A stretch of 32,000 bases of DNA from Myxococcota bacterium (GTDB lineage: Bacteria; Myxococcota_A; Polyangia; Nannocystales; Nannocystaceae), in contig JBCCWC010000035.1 of the NCBI GenBank assembly GCA_039194325.1, forward strand, positions 1 to 32,000. Direction: 5' to 3'. This document shows, in pieces, positions 31,409-32,000 of the stretch. The first letter of the stretch is position 1. Each line of letters begins with the position of its first letter. The notes beneath the pieces were generated by a model. That model searched no databases and was not told the DNA's origin. It was given only the letters and a program-made list of their open reading frames with translations. The translations under genes and the position numbers were made by a program.

Positions 31409-32000
31409 TCAGCTCCAGCGCCGCCGGCGAAACGCCCCCAGCAGCACCAGCCACCCCAACGCCAGCGGCGTGGCGTTGGTGCCCATCGAGCATCCCTTGG
31501 ACGTCGCGCCGGGCTCGCCCTCGACCGGGGGCGGCCCGCCGTCGCCGTCGCCGTCGCCGTCGCCCCCCCCGTCGCGATAGTCAAGGTCGTCACCCCCGCC
31601 GTCGCTCAGCAGCGAGCCATCGTCGCCGCCGTCGTCGTCACCCCCGCTGAGGTCTTCGTCGCCCCCGCCGAGCGCCTCACCGCCGCCCGAAGACGCTCCG
31701 CCGCTGGGCTTGTCGTAGTCGGCGTACTTGTCCGGGAGCTCGGGCAGCGTAAAGCCCGGCGGGCGGGCACGCGCGCCGGACAGGCGTTGCCAGCGGCCGG
31801 GGATCTGCCCCCCCGCCCCTGGCTTGCTGAACGCGATGAGATAGAGCGCTCGCCGGTTGCGGACCTCGTCGACGTTGTCGTCGGTCTCCACCCGCAGGCC
31901 CCGCTCGCCCATGCCCGCGTAGAAGATCTCGGCCCAAAACCCCTCGTCGTAGAAATACTTGGCGATCGACTTGGCGCGGCCATTGCTGAGCTTTTGGTTC
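31409..32000 (-). CDS. 3' part of a cell-surface protein: OmpA/MotB-like peptidoglycan-binding domain, acidic Gly/Asp-rich linker, MYXO-CTERM sorting tail; 5' end is outside the window
   Basis: The minus frame is open to base 32000. NQKLSNGRAKSIAKYFYDEGFWAEIFYAGMGERGLRVETDDNVDEVRNRRALYLIAF fits the OmpA_C pattern (LS..RA..V..YL....I...G.GE......T.EG...NRRV). The tail GCSMGTNATPLALGWLVLLGAFRRRRWS fits MYXO-CTERM (Gly-Cys, hydrophobic span, Arg cluster). Confidence 0.8.
   Translation of the reverse strand, partial: NQKLSNGRAKSIAKYFYDEGFWAEIFYAGMGERGLRVETDDNVDEVRNRRALYLIAFSKPGAGGQIPGRWQRLSGARARPPGFTLPELPDKYADYDKPSGGASSGGGEALGGGDEDLSGGDDDGGDDGSLLSDGGGDDLDYRDGGGDGDGDGDGGPPPVEGEPGATSKGCSMGTNATPLALGWLVLLGAFRRRRWS

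Overview
High-GC bacterial chromosome segment that looks myxobacterial: it has a MYXO-CTERM sorting tail, Myxococcus-type Cys-rich repeats, two large eukaryotic-like Ser/Thr kinases and many lipobox proteins. All family assignments come from motifs read by eye in the supplied translations. No database search was run. I support about 21 protein genes, one tRNA-Ala(UGC) with a clean intrinsic terminator, several hairpins and a striking number of short (5-15 bp unit) tandem duplications. Left to right the genes are: a DUF4351/Rpn-like fragment; an Sgm/Rmt/Arm-like 16S rRNA G1405 methyltransferase; a translationally coupled trio (TAT FAD-oxidoreductase, polytopic membrane protein, homocysteine S-methyltransferase); a PrsW protease; a single-pass coiled-coil membrane protein; an ECF sigma factor downstream of a 1390-aa FG-GAP Ser/Thr kinase; an L-2-hydroxyglutarate-oxidase-like flavoenzyme; a chlorophyllase-like hydrolase exoprotein; an ABC-ATPase plus small TOPRIM-like protein cassette beside the tRNA; a molybdopterin oxidoreductase; a hypothetical protein; an S41 peptidase; a second Ser/Thr kinase; a modular Cys-repeat/P-domain lipoprotein; an SRPBCC protein; a hypothetical protein; and an OmpA-like MYXO-CTERM protein. 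The best candidate for an undescribed system is the two-gene ATPase + DUF4276/RloB-like TOPRIM cassette at 15865-17767. It looks like a split-OLD / PARIS-like defence islet next to tRNA-Ala, appears compositionally atypical and has a non-canonical Walker B. Secondary leads are the kinase-ECF sigma-PrsW neighbourhood, the chromosomal aminoglycoside-resistance-type rRNA methyltransferase and the orphan P-domain lipoprotein.
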